From: Candidatus Cloacimonadales bacterium
GTDB lineage: Bacteria > Cloacimonadota > Cloacimonadia > Cloacimonadales > JAFGVF01
Direction of reading: 5' to 3'
Assembly (NCBI GenBank): GCA_963678315.1
Contig: OY782781.1
Location: forward strand, 256,001-320,000
Length of the DNA stretch: 64,000 nt
Part shown: positions 1-9,245 of the stretch, one piece after another
Numbering within the stretch: the first letter of the stretch is position 1
How the letters are laid out: the number at the start of each line of letters is the position of its first letter
Position numbers and translations under genes: made by a program
Notes under the pieces: model-generated
Databases searched by the model: none
The model's input: only the letters and a program-made list of their open reading frames with translations
Told to the model about the DNA's origin: nothing

Positions 1-413
1 GAACTTGCAAAGCCCTAGATATTGAAGAACCTAAAGTTTCTATTTTAGCTTCTTCTGAATCTGCTACAGATAAAATCGTTGCTAATGCTGATGCTGCTCT
101 TATCTCTAAGATGGCTGAACGTGGTCAAATCAAAGGTGCTTTGATTGATGGTCCATTATCATTAGACTTATCAATTGACCAAGAAGCTGTAGCAATTAAG
201 AAATTCCAGTCTCCAGTAGCAGGTGATGCAGATGGTATCGTTTTCCCTAATATTGAATCAGGAAATGTTTTCTACAAAGCTGTTACAAAGTTAGTTAAAG
301 CTGAATTAGCTGCTATTGTTTGTGGTGCTAATGTTCCTGCTATCCTTTCTTCACGTGGTGATACAGAACAAACAAAACTTTATTCTATCGCTCTTGCAGC
401 ATTATTAGCATAA
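1..413 (+). CDS. Phosphate acyltransferase (phosphate butyryltransferase-like, PTA_PTB family), 5'-truncated by window edge
   Basis: Motifs IDGPLSLD, VAGDADGIVFPNIESGN and SRGD; the frame is open upstream of the ORF-track start at 111. Confidence 0.85.
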   Translation, partial: TCKALDIEEPKVSILASSESATDKIVANADAALISKMAERGQIKGALIDGPLSLDLSIDQEAVAIKKFQSPVAGDADGIVFPNIESGNVFYKAVTKLVKAELAAIVCGANVPAILSSRGDTEQTKLYSIALAALLA

Positions 414-431
414 ACTTTAATAGGAGAATCA

Positions 432-1334
432 ATGATTACCAAACTAGATCAAATGGTTGACCACGTTAAAAAGCTTGATAAGAAATTTAAAATAGCTGTT
501 GCTTACGCACAAGATTCAAACACAATTGGAGCTATTGCTCAAGCAATTAATGATGGTTTTGTTGAAGCTTACATGATTGGTGACCAAGAAAGAATTATTG
601 AGATAGCCAAAGAAGAAGGAATTGATGCAAATATCTTCAAGATTGTGAATGTTCCTGATGAAATTAAAGCAATCGATAAGGCTGTTGAAATGGTTAAAAC
701 TGACCAAGCAGATATTCTAATGAAAGGCCTATGCGGAACTGATAAGTTCCTTCGTGGTGTTATTCATAAAGAAAAAGGCTTATTACCTCCTAGAGCCATT
801 ATGAGCTATGTTTGTGCTTTAGACATACCAGCATACCACAAGTTACTTTTTGTGACTGATACAGCTGTTTTACCCTTCCCAGATTTAAAACAAAAGACTG
901 CTATGCTTAACTACTCAGTTAATATGGCTAGAAAGTTTGGAATTGAGACTCCTAAAGTAGCTCTTATCTCAGCTGCTGAAAAAGTAAGTCCTCACTTTGA
1001 ATCTCATTCTGATTATACTCAGCTTTGTGCTATGGCAAAACGCGGTCAGATTAAAAACTGTATTGTTGATGGTCCTCTAGATATATTCTTAGCTTGTGAT
1101 AAAGAAAGCGTAAAGATTAAAGGCGTTCCAACTCCAATAGATGGAGATGCTGACGTGCTCTTATTCCCTTCTTTAGAAGCATGTAATTCTTTCTATAAAG
1201 GCCAAATGCTTTGGGGCGGAGCTGAATTAGCTGGACTTATTCAAGGTACAATCAAACCTGTTGTGGTTATGTCTCGCTCTGAATCTCCTAAATCTAAGTA
1301 CTATTGTATTGCTTTATCATGTTTGATGGCATAA
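432..1334 (+). CDS. Phosphate acyltransferase (phosphate butyryltransferase-like), second tandem paralogue
   Basis: ADILMKG, VTDTAV, VDGPLD, DGDADVLLFP, MSRSE motifs; RBS AGGAGA upstream. Confidence 0.85.
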   Translation: MITKLDQMVDHVKKLDKKFKIAVAYAQDSNTIGAIAQAINDGFVEAYMIGDQERIIEIAKEEGIDANIFKIVNVPDEIKAIDKAVEMVKTDQADILMKGLCGTDKFLRGVIHKEKGLLPPRAIMSYVCALDIPAYHKLLFVTDTAVLPFPDLKQKTAMLNYSVNMARKFGIETPKVALISAAEKVSPHFESHSDYTQLCAMAKRGQIKNCIVDGPLDIFLACDKESVKIKGVPTPIDGDADVLLFPSLEACNSFYKGQMLWGGAELAGLIQGTIKPVVVMSRSESPKSKYYCIALSCLMA

Positions 1335-1361
1335 AATTATAGAATTAAATCAAAATACTTT

Positions 1362-1398
1362 GAGAGCTTTGACCATGCGTCAGAGCTCTTTGCTTTTT
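1362..1398 (+). terminator. Intrinsic terminator
   Basis: GAGAGCTTTGAC-CATGC-GTCAGAGCTCTT hairpin followed by T-rich tract. Confidence 0.65.
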
Positions 1399-1517
1399 CC
1401 CCAAGAAGATTATTATAGCAAGTTAAGTATTGCTTATCTCACTATTAGTTTCCTCCAGCATTAATTTGGCTTTTATTGCAGGAGGCATAAAAGCATATTA
1501 AGTAATGATTCATATAT

Positions 1518-1564
1518 GGAGTGTAAGCATCCACCGATAGGTTGAAGGAAGTTCATGCTTGTGC
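1518..1564 (+). repeat. Intergenic palindromic repeat family A (GGAGTGTAAGCATCC...GTTCATGCTT)
   Basis: Related copies at 4113-4162 and 17886-17935 (+), 12811-12861, 28249-28299 and 38948-38996 (-), partial at 51501-51517. Confidence 0.85.
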
Positions 1565-1719
1565 TAAGATAAGCACATTGTAATTCTTATGGGGTGCATT
1601 CATCCCTGAATGCGCATCTTAAATCATTTAAATGATTTAAGAGACTACTTTGTCAAGAGAAGTTTAAAATGTTACACTTTTGGAAGTATAAACTGTTACA
1701 CTTTGGTTAAAAAAATAAG

Positions 1720-2448
1720 TTAAATTTTACCTTTCATTCTATAGCTATCACCATCCATCGTGATTAGCTGTGCATGGTGTAGAAGTCTATCTAATATTGC
1801 TGAAGTAATAACATTATCTCCAAAAGCAGATCCCCACTCTTGAAATAGTTTGTTTGATGTTATAACAATAGATCTAAATTCATATAGTTCGCTAACTAGT
1901 TTAAAGAACATACTTGAAGATATTTCCTTTATTGGTAAATAGCCGATTTCATCAATAATTATTAATTCATTTTTACATAGTTTCTTAATAAACTCTTTCA
2001 GGCTTTTCTCATTGGATGCTATTAACATATCATCTAGTAAATCATTAAATGTGTAAAATTTTACATTATATCCCTTTTGTATTGCTTCATATCCCAAAGC
2101 TAATGCTATATGCGTTTTACCAACTCCAGGAGGTCCCATAAATATCTTATTTTCTCTGTTATCTATCCAATCAAAATCCAACCACTCATTGACCATCCTT
2201 TTAGTTACACTGTGTTGATATTTATAATCAAACTCTTCAAATGTCTTTACTGAAGGGAAATTTGACCTTTTTATTTTTAGCTTAATAGCTGTTTGATTTC
2301 TGCTATTAACTTCATTTCTGATAATATACGATAAAAACTGCTGATTAGAGAGTTCTTTCTCTCTTCCATGCTGTAAATATGATTCAATGTTATTGAGTAT
2401 ATGTCGACACCTTATCCTGAATAAATCTTTCTTTAATTGTTCCATCAT
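1720..2448 (-). CDS. istB: IS21 helper AAA+ ATPase IstB
   Basis: Walker A GPPGVGKT, IIDEIGY, ITSN, AILDRLLHH, GDSYR. Confidence 0.95.
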   Translation of the reverse strand: MMEQLKKDLFRIRCRHILNNIESYLQHGREKELSNQQFLSYIIRNEVNSRNQTAIKLKIKRSNFPSVKTFEEFDYKYQHSVTKRMVNEWLDFDWIDNRENKIFMGPPGVGKTHIALALGYEAIQKGYNVKFYTFNDLLDDMLIASNEKSLKEFIKKLCKNELIIIDEIGYLPIKEISSSMFFKLVSELYEFRSIVITSNKLFQEWGSAFGDNVITSAILDRLLHHAQLITMDGDSYRMKGKI

Positions 2449-3929
2449 TTTTTTACCATCCTATCATAATCTGATAAATCTCTTGCTAGTTTTGAACTAC
2501 TTGTGTTATTATTACTTTGGTTGTTTTGTATATAATCATTTATCTTTAATTGCTTTGTGAGAGCTTCAAGAACATTTTCAACTTTGCTTGCGCGTAGTTG
2601 TGAAAATGCTAAAGATTGATTAATTACAAAATTCCAGTCAAGACGGTTATATTCATTATATAGCCGTCTTATTGCTCTTAATTGTTCTCGTGGGTGACTT
2701 GTGTTTTCTTTTAAAATCCTGGTCACAAAAACGTCATAATTTTGATATCCTTTCAGAAGTTCTAAAACGTCATCCTTTAGAGTTTCTAATTTTTCTGAAT
2801 AATCAATATAATGTGCTTGATTTATAGTCGGCTTTGACTTTCCATATTTTACAGAATGACTAGCTACTTGTGCTAGTGTTAAGCTATCTATTATCAAAAG
2901 TTTGCTATTTAATTCTTCTACTAAAACTTCTTTTTTTTGATAAATATAAGGAACTGAATATTTATTACCTTTCCAAGATATTATTCCTTGTTTATCTACT
3001 TTTCTCAATACTCTATTGTTTGGTATATAAGTTCTCATTAAATCCTTTTCAGCTTTAAATACTTCTGTCGGAATTTCTAAAGTTGTGCTATGCTCTCTAT
3101 TATTTACCATTTCAAACCAATCTTTTGAACGCATTTCTATCTCACTTAACCCTGAAAACTTATCTCCATAAAGAAAATCTTCTTTTACTTCTCTTACATG
3201 GCGTTCCACAAGTCCTTTAGTTTGAGGGTCATAACCTTCGCATATATAATAGTTTAAATTGTGTTTGTTTAGGAACTGTTCAAATAGTTTATTTAACCAT
3301 ACTTCCCTATATTTTTCTCTTATTACAACTAACTTTGTTTGGTCATAAACTAATTGCTTTGGTAAGCATCTAAAATAATTAAAACAGGCTTCATGAGCTT
3401 GTATAAAATCATTAGTATTATATGGTCTTAATTGGAAATGAGCATACACCATTCTTGAGTATGAGATTTTAAAGGCTACAAAATAAACTTTTATCTTTTC
3501 ACCTGTTGTGAGTAATACTTTTTGTTCTCCCGGATCTACTTGTATCTGTACTCCTGGTTCATACGTTACAGGGGTAAAATAACGTCTACAACGAGGCTTT
3601 ATTGCTTCTTTGAGTTTATTTATGTAATTCGAAAATGCTCGCTCTGATATAACTATATCGGGGTATTTCTTTTGGAATTTACGATGAAGTTTGGTTGTGC
3701 GTATTCGTGGATATTCCTTAATCCAAAGGCTTAACAACTCTTTATAAGACTCTAAAATACTGTTTCGTCTAAAGATATTGCTCTTATATTCTGTATAATC
3801 TTTTAACGACATCTTTCTGAACTTCTGCACTGTCGTTGGTGATATAGCTAATTGCCTAGCTGTTTCTCTTACACTTAAGTTTAAATTCTGACACGATTTT
3901 ATCTTGTGATACATGCTTTCCTCTATCAT
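2445..3929 (-). CDS. istA: IS21 DDE transposase IstA
   Basis: N-terminal HTH, PGVQIQVD, YSRM, YDQTK, PQTKGLVER, NKYSVP; ATG at 3929 follows GAGGA RBS (ORF track starts at 3941). Confidence 0.95.
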   Translation of the reverse strand: MIEESMYHKIKSCQNLNLSVRETARQLAISPTTVQKFRKMSLKDYTEYKSNIFRRNSILESYKELLSLWIKEYPRIRTTKLHRKFQKKYPDIVISERAFSNYINKLKEAIKPRCRRYFTPVTYEPGVQIQVDPGEQKVLLTTGEKIKVYFVAFKISYSRMVYAHFQLRPYNTNDFIQAHEACFNYFRCLPKQLVYDQTKLVVIREKYREVWLNKLFEQFLNKHNLNYYICEGYDPQTKGLVERHVREVKEDFLYGDKFSGLSEIEMRSKDWFEMVNNREHSTTLEIPTEVFKAEKDLMRTYIPNNRVLRKVDKQGIISWKGNKYSVPYIYQKKEVLVEELNSKLLIIDSLTLAQVASHSVKYGKSKPTINQAHYIDYSEKLETLKDDVLELLKGYQNYDVFVTRILKENTSHPREQLRAIRRLYNEYNRLDWNFVINQSLAFSQLRASKVENVLEALTKQLKINDYIQNNQSNNNTSSSKLARDLSDYDRMVKK

Positions 3930-4043
3930 GGTTATCCTCAAAATTTGTATTTTGAGGAGTGTACCATTTTATACTTCCATTACTGTACCACTTTATAATT
4001 CTATTAACAGACTACTTTATCAGCATTCAACACTAATTATGAA

Positions 4044-4220
4044 TCGCAAGCAGGGACCGTGTCAGGCGAAGACTGATGCTCGCAACCCTTAAGTACTTTC
4101 GTAGCCATGGATGGAGTGTAAGCATCCGCCAATAGGCTGAACAAAGTTCATGCTTACGCAAAGTATGGAATTTTTTCGTAGCCAAGGACCGTGTCAGGCA
4201 AAGACTGATGCTTGCAACCC
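4044..4220 (+). repeat. REP-like cluster: family B units (CGTAGCCAAGGACCGTGTCAGGCGAAGACTGATG...) flanking one family A unit
   Basis: B at 4044-4088, 4097-4110 (fragment) and 4175-4220; A at 4113-4162. Confidence 0.85.
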
Positions 4221-4224
4221 ATAC

Positions 4225-4257
4225 AAAAAGAGCTCTGACACATAGCCAAAGCTCTTT
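4225..4257 (-). terminator. Intrinsic terminator for the leuS...hypothetical operon
   Basis: AAAAAGAGCTCTGAC...AAAGCTCTTT hairpin; T-tract on minus strand. Confidence 0.65.
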
Positions 4258-4281
4258 AATATAATTAATGTTAATTATTTG

Positions 4282-4593
4282 TTATTGTAGAAATAAGAAA
4301 ACAAGAATTGCTGCAGACATCAAGAAGTTAATTACCATACTTGTAACAAGCAATTTCTTAAGATTATTCAATTTATATTTATTCTCTTTAACCCTTTTTT
4401 CAAGTTTAACTGTAAGGTTTTCTACTGTAATCAACTTTTCTTCAACAACATCATTCTTCTTAATATTCTTGTTGTGTTGATAATCTCTAATCCAATTATG
4501 GAAGATATCGAACACTAATTTAGAAAATAAACCAGGAATGAATGATGAGCTATTGCCCATGTCACCTTCAACTTTCTTGTCTTTTTTTCTCAT
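4282..4593 (-). CDS. Hypothetical protein, coiled coil plus C-terminal TM helix
   Basis: Last gene of a tightly packed operon, AAGGA RBS, hydrophobic C-terminus. Confidence 0.7.
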   Translation of the reverse strand: MRKKDKKVEGDMGNSSSFIPGLFSKLVFDIFHNWIRDYQHNKNIKKNDVVEEKLITVENLTVKLEKRVKENKYKLNNLKKLLVTSMVINFLMSAAILVFLFLQ

Positions 4594-4603
4594 AATTTAA
4601 TCC

Positions 4604-5449
4604 TTAGAATCTGTAACCAACTTGAACATGGTGAGTAGGATCTAGATCTGAATGTAATGTTAAACCATAATCAACGATAAAGTCATATACATCAAAACCT
4701 ACACCTGCAGAGTAAGTAGCAGGATTAGAGTTCAAACCAGCTCTTAAAGTCATCATATCAATAACTTCATATTCAATACCAGCTGTTACAGAAGTATCAT
4801 CTTTTAGCTCTTTAGTAAGTTCTAATACAGTTACGATCTTTGAATATGGTTGGTAAGAAATACCTGCAACCATTTTTCTAGGTAATTCATACTGATTGTC
4901 ATCACCAATAGCTGGGTTATTTATATTGTGAATAGTAAATGATAATTTAGTTCTTCTATGCATTGTCGCTACAGCGCCAATATTAAGTCCAAAAGCTTCT
5001 TGACTACCATAGCCATCATATTCTACATTATACATATTTACAGTATAACCAATAGCAATTTGACTGTGAATATCTTTCAATATTTTAAATGCGTGACTCA
5101 AAGCGATTGTAGATTCTGTAGTTAAAACTTCATCTTCAAAGTCAACAGAGAACTGTTTCATACCTAGTCCGATAGTACCATAAATAGGAGAGAATCTATA
5201 GGCTGCAGAAGCAGTTAAAACTCTTGCATAGGAATTCCCATAGAGATCAACCATTCCAAGATTGAATTGATTATCTGCATAATCTAAACCTGCAGGATTA
5301 TAGAAAGCAGCATCTGCATCATCAGAAACTGTGTAAAATGCATCCCCCATACCTCTTGCTCTTGCAGAAGAAGCGTAGCCATCGAAAACAGCATTCAAAC
5401 TAACAGTAAACAGACAAGTGATAAATATTAATATAAGTATTTTCTTCAT
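4604..5449 (-). CDS. PorV/PorQ-like (FadL-type) outer-membrane beta-barrel
   Basis: Signal peptide; SARARGMGDAF..VSDDADAAFYNPAGL signature; C-terminal VQVGYRF beta-signal. Confidence 0.8.
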   Translation of the reverse strand: MKKILILIFITCLFTVSLNAVFDGYASSARARGMGDAFYTVSDDADAAFYNPAGLDYADNQFNLGMVDLYGNSYARVLTASAAYRFSPIYGTIGLGMKQFSVDFEDEVLTTESTIALSHAFKILKDIHSQIAIGYTVNMYNVEYDGYGSQEAFGLNIGAVATMHRRTKLSFTIHNINNPAIGDDNQYELPRKMVAGISYQPYSKIVTVLELTKELKDDTSVTAGIEYEVIDMMTLRAGLNSNPATYSAGVGFDVYDFIVDYGLTLHSDLDPTHHVQVGYRF

Positions 5450-5459
5450 TATAATCTCC

Positions 5460-6881
5460 TTACTTTAGTTGTCCAGCGATAACGATTGGTTGGTCTGCTA
5501 CATATTTATCGCCACCATCACGAACAGTAACTTCTACCTGGCAAATATATACACCTAAATCAAGCTTTTCATTATGATTATCTCGACCATTCCATTCAAA
5601 TTCATCTAAACCAGAGATAATTTTATTCACAGGAGTATGAACTAATCTTCCTTGAATATCATAAATTCTTACAATAGCTCTACAGGAAACACCTGGTTTA
5701 AAACCATATTTGATGGTTAATTTTTCATGGTAGTCAGGATTTATAATATTCTTATTATTGTTTTGATTCTTGATAGATAAATATGCATCTTTCTTAGTGT
5801 ATGAGTAGTTATAAGAAACAGTAGGAAGTGATGTAGCATTGAATTCATTTCCATCAGTATCAATTGAAGTGAAAGAGTCTATATCAATACTAGTAATACC
5901 ATATTCATCTAAATCAAAGACCATAGAAACGAGAACAGGGTCGATTACTTCAGATTGTACATTGATATCTTCAATCATTACCATTATTTCGTTGGAGTTG
6001 TCTTCAACAAAAGCATAGTTTACTTGACCATCTTCAGAAATAGTTCCATCAGCTTTAAGCATATCAAAAGTAATAAGATCATCTGTGTAGTTGAATACGA
6101 ATTCAATAGTTGATAAATTCCAGCTTGGCTTAATTCTGTTAGCTTTAACATCAACATATAACTTCTTTCCAGCTACTGTATAAGATGTACTTACAGCCAT
6201 AGTAGCAAGAGTACTGTTTAGGAAATCATCATTATCCCTTGGGTTCAATTCAAACTCATCATTTGCATAGAAGACAAGACCTGAAACTTTAGCCCAATCT
6301 TGATCTACAAGAGGACTAGGATCCAAAGTATAGAAACTATTATCTATTGGGAAATCATTACTTCCATTAGAAATTAGCCATTGACCATTATCGTTAGGAG
6401 TTTCAGAACAGATAACATTTTCAAATGCAACTAAGCCAGATTCAAACTTTTCAGCGTTTTCATTATTAGACATCTCTTCTAAAGTTTTAATTCTAGGGAT
6501 TGGTAGAGTATATGGACCTGCATTAACTATTGAAATATTAGCATTAGGGATTGCAGTAACTCCATCAATTTCTTCAACTGTACCAGTGACATTGACTAAT
6601 GCACCAATTCCAGCAGTAGTTGTTGTATTTGGAAGATAAAGTCCATTCCATTCATTAAATGTAGATTCTAAAGTGAATATAAATACATTATCATCAGAAC
6701 CATTAAATCCTTTAGCACCAATAACCACATTATTAACTGTTACCTCTTCTCCAACATGTAATGATGGGTATGTGTTATCAGAACCTGGTTCAGTAGTCTC
6801 TTGAATTTGTCTAATAGTTAATCCAAACATGGCTTGAATTAGTGTAAAACAAAGAACTATTAGTATAATTTTCTTTGGCAT
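5460..6881 (-). CDS. Secreted protein: OB-fold-like repeats, cohesin-like domain, divergent FlgD-like C-terminal domain
   Basis: Signal peptide, TIRQIQ...VNVTGTVEE, FELNPRDNDD; CTD VRIYDIQGRLV...WNGRD...GVYI. Confidence 0.65.
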   Translation of the reverse strand: MPKKIILIVLCFTLIQAMFGLTIRQIQETTEPGSDNTYPSLHVGEEVTVNNVVIGAKGFNGSDDNVFIFTLESTFNEWNGLYLPNTTTTAGIGALVNVTGTVEEIDGVTAIPNANISIVNAGPYTLPIPRIKTLEEMSNNENAEKFESGLVAFENVICSETPNDNGQWLISNGSNDFPIDNSFYTLDPSPLVDQDWAKVSGLVFYANDEFELNPRDNDDFLNSTLATMAVSTSYTVAGKKLYVDVKANRIKPSWNLSTIEFVFNYTDDLITFDMLKADGTISEDGQVNYAFVEDNSNEIMVMIEDINVQSEVIDPVLVSMVFDLDEYGITSIDIDSFTSIDTDGNEFNATSLPTVSYNYSYTKKDAYLSIKNQNNNKNIINPDYHEKLTIKYGFKPGVSCRAIVRIYDIQGRLVHTPVNKIISGLDEFEWNGRDNHNEKLDLGVYICQVEVTVRDGGDKYVADQPIVIAGQLK

Positions 6882-7396
6882 TATGCCTCCTCAAGGGATT
6901 TTTTTCGTTTATTTTCCAGTATTATTGCATCATAAGCAAACAATACCATTCCAACTACTATAGCTGAATCAGCTATATTAAAAGTAGGCCATCTATCAAA
7001 AGCATAGAACAAACCCCATTCAGATGGGATTCTTGGGTACAAGCTATCAATAAAGTCAGTAACTTTACCAAATAGAATTCTATCAACTAGATTACCAATA
7101 GCACCACCAATAATTAAGCTATAGTAGGTTAATTGAATTTTATAGTTAGATTTCTTCATCAACATGACTAAAATACCTATAACAACTATTGTTAGAGCAA
7201 TAAATATATATTGTGAATAACTTCCTAATGATAAACTAAAAGCAGCTCCATCATTCTCACAATGATATAGTCTTAAATATTTTCCAACAAGTTCATAAGG
7301 CTTATGTAGTTCAAGTTTTGATCTTACCAAGTATTTACTTATCTGGTCTAGCAGAATTACCAGACCAGATAAAATTAGATATTTAAAGTTCTTCAT
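6881..7396 (-). CDS. lspA: Lipoprotein signal peptidase II
   Basis: DQISK, NDGAAFS, GGAIGNLVDR, VTDFI, FNIADSAI. Confidence 0.95.
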   Translation of the reverse strand: MKNFKYLILSGLVILLDQISKYLVRSKLELHKPYELVGKYLRLYHCENDGAAFSLSLGSYSQYIFIALTIVVIGILVMLMKKSNYKIQLTYYSLIIGGAIGNLVDRILFGKVTDFIDSLYPRIPSEWGLFYAFDRWPTFNIADSAIVVGMVLFAYDAIILENKRKKSLEEA

Positions 7397-7809
7397 TATT
7401 TCTTTTTATTTTTACTCCTACTCTTACTTTTAACATCTTCTGCAGAACGACATTCTATGCAAAAGGCAGCGTAAGGTATTATCTCTAATCTCTTAGGATT
7501 AATTCTCTTTCCACATATTTCACAGATACCGAAAGTACCTTCATAAATACGTTTTAGAGCAACATTGAGTGTCTTAATCTTTTCATGTTCTTTTTCTAGT
7601 AAAAGAACTTCATTTTCACGATAGTAAGTATCGGAACCGTGATCAGCTTGATGAATTGCATAAGCAGAAGCATCGCCTGAACTATCTCTTACACTCTCTT
7701 TTTGAGCTTCATTAATTTTTTGAATATAGTCAAGACTTTTCTGCTTTTCTTTCAATAATTTTTCTTCATAAAACTTTAATTCTTCTTTACTAAGTAATTT
7801 ATCTGACAT
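7396..7809 (-). CDS. TraR/DksA C4-type zinc finger protein
   Basis: Coiled coil with HQADHGSD tip, ALKRI..GTFGICEICG..I...RL..IPYA..CIEC. Confidence 0.9.
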   Translation of the reverse strand: MSDKLLSKEELKFYEEKLLKEKQKSLDYIQKINEAQKESVRDSSGDASAYAIHQADHGSDTYYRENEVLLLEKEHEKIKTLNVALKRIYEGTFGICEICGKRINPKRLEIIPYAAFCIECRSAEDVKSKSRSKNKKK

Positions 7810-7841
7810 ATAAAATCCTCACTTATAGGATAAAATCCATT

Positions 7842-8666
7842 TTATTTTAATTTATTTCTTTTTAGGAATTCTGCAATTATTTTAGCAAGATTTTTTTTAG
7901 CAATATCTGCGTTCCTGCGTATCTCTTCTTGGCTATGTTCTTGTGCATGATAGAGATTCGAGTAATTAGTCACTACTGAGAAGGCTAGTACTTTTAAGCC
8001 TGAATGAATTGCTGTAATTACCTCTGGAACTGTTGACATCCCTACTACATCAGCTCCAATATTAGCAAAGTACTGGCATTCAGCTCTAGTTTCAAAACTT
8101 GGACCTGTAACAGCTATATAAACACCTTGACTAACATCAATATCTAACTCATCACAAATCTTATCTATCTGTTTCCTGTATTCAGAATGATAAGTATCAT
8201 GCAATGAAACAAATCTCTCACCAAGTTCTTCATAGTTTTTACCAATTAAGGGATTGGTGCCCATAAAGTTTATGTGGTCTTTTAACATGATAATAGAACC
8301 AGGAGTAAAGTCTTTTCTAAGACTTCCTGCTGCATTTGTTACTATCATAGAATGAACACCTAAGCTTTTTAAAACTCTAGTTGGAAAGACAACATCTTCC
8401 ATAGAGTAGCCTTCATAAAAGTGAAATCTACCTTGCAGAGCTACAATAGGAACCCCTTCAATATAGCCAAATACAAGATTTCCAGCATGACTAGGAGCAG
8501 TTGATACTACAAAGCCAGGAATCTCTCTATAAGGAATAACTATTTTATCTTCAAGGAAATCTGCAAAGTTACTTAAACCTGTTCCCAGAATAATTCCAAA
8601 CTCAGGCCTAGTTCCTATCTTATTTAATATATATTCTTTTGATTTATTTATCTTCGCTATTATCAT
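7842..8666 (-). CDS. punA: Purine-nucleoside phosphorylase (trimeric PunA type)
   Basis: ILGTGL, QGRFHFYEG, TNAAG, GPSFET, GADVVGMSTVPE. Confidence 0.9.
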   Translation of the reverse strand: MIIAKINKSKEYILNKIGTRPEFGIILGTGLSNFADFLEDKIVIPYREIPGFVVSTAPSHAGNLVFGYIEGVPIVALQGRFHFYEGYSMEDVVFPTRVLKSLGVHSMIVTNAAGSLRKDFTPGSIIMLKDHINFMGTNPLIGKNYEELGERFVSLHDTYHSEYRKQIDKICDELDIDVSQGVYIAVTGPSFETRAECQYFANIGADVVGMSTVPEVITAIHSGLKVLAFSVVTNYSNLYHAQEHSQEEIRRNADIAKKNLAKIIAEFLKRNKLK

Positions 8667-9228
8667 TTTTATTCTCCAGCTCTTTTTTCTTAAGTTCAGC
8701 TTCTAACCTTTTCTTACGTTGTTCTTCCTCGAGAAGGTTTAATTGAACAATCATAGGTTCTTGTTCTAATCTTTCTAAATAAGTTTTGACATGACTAATA
8801 GTATTCTTTAAGAAAGCTCTTTTTTGTTCTTTTAATTGAAGATATTCAGTATCAAGCTTATTCAAATAATTACGGGCTTGATTAATAGTACTTTGAGCTC
8901 TTATCTCTGCATCACGAATGATATTTTCAGCTTCTTTACGAGCGTTTCTAATTATCTCATCTTTATTTCTTTCAGCAAAAACAATAGAATCATGAATAAT
9001 TTGTTCTCTTCTTCTCAAGGCTTCAACATTACTGCGTGCCTGATCTTCTCTATCTGCTAATTGATTTCTCTTTCTCTCATCATTAGCCTGCATTTCTTTA
9101 ACTTTTGAGCGTTCTTCTTCAATCTGAGTTGCTAAATTCTCTAAAAATTCTTGCACTTCTTTTTTGCTGTAACCAAAAGTCTTGGTTGTAAATTCTTTAT
9201 CTCTTATCTGATGAATTGATATTGCCAT
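8644..9228 (-). CDS. divIVA: DivIVA-domain protein
   Basis: N-terminal I..KEF....FGY...EV.EFL motif followed by long coiled coil. Confidence 0.8.
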   Translation of the reverse strand: MAISIHQIRDKEFTTKTFGYSKKEVQEFLENLATQIEEERSKVKEMQANDERKRNQLADREDQARSNVEALRRREQIIHDSIVFAERNKDEIIRNARKEAENIIRDAEIRAQSTINQARNYLNKLDTEYLQLKEQKRAFLKNTISHVKTYLERLEQEPMIVQLNLLEEEQRKKRLEAELKKKELENKNDNSEDK

Positions 9229-9245
9229 TTTACTTCCTTAGAATC

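Larger units (their letters stand above)
1651..4009 (-). mobile_element. IS21-family insertion sequence (2359 bp) with 8-bp target duplication GACTACTT
   Basis: TG...CA ends with imperfect terminal IR (TGTCAAGAGAAGTTTAAAATGTTACAC / TGTTAATAGAATTATAAAGTGGTACAG), subterminal GGAAGTATAAA repeats, DR at 1643-1650 and 4010-4017, istA+istB inside. Confidence 0.95.

Noticed and set aside
4268..4480. 70-aa plus-strand ORF
   Set aside because: Antisense to the 4282-4593 gene, which fits the operon
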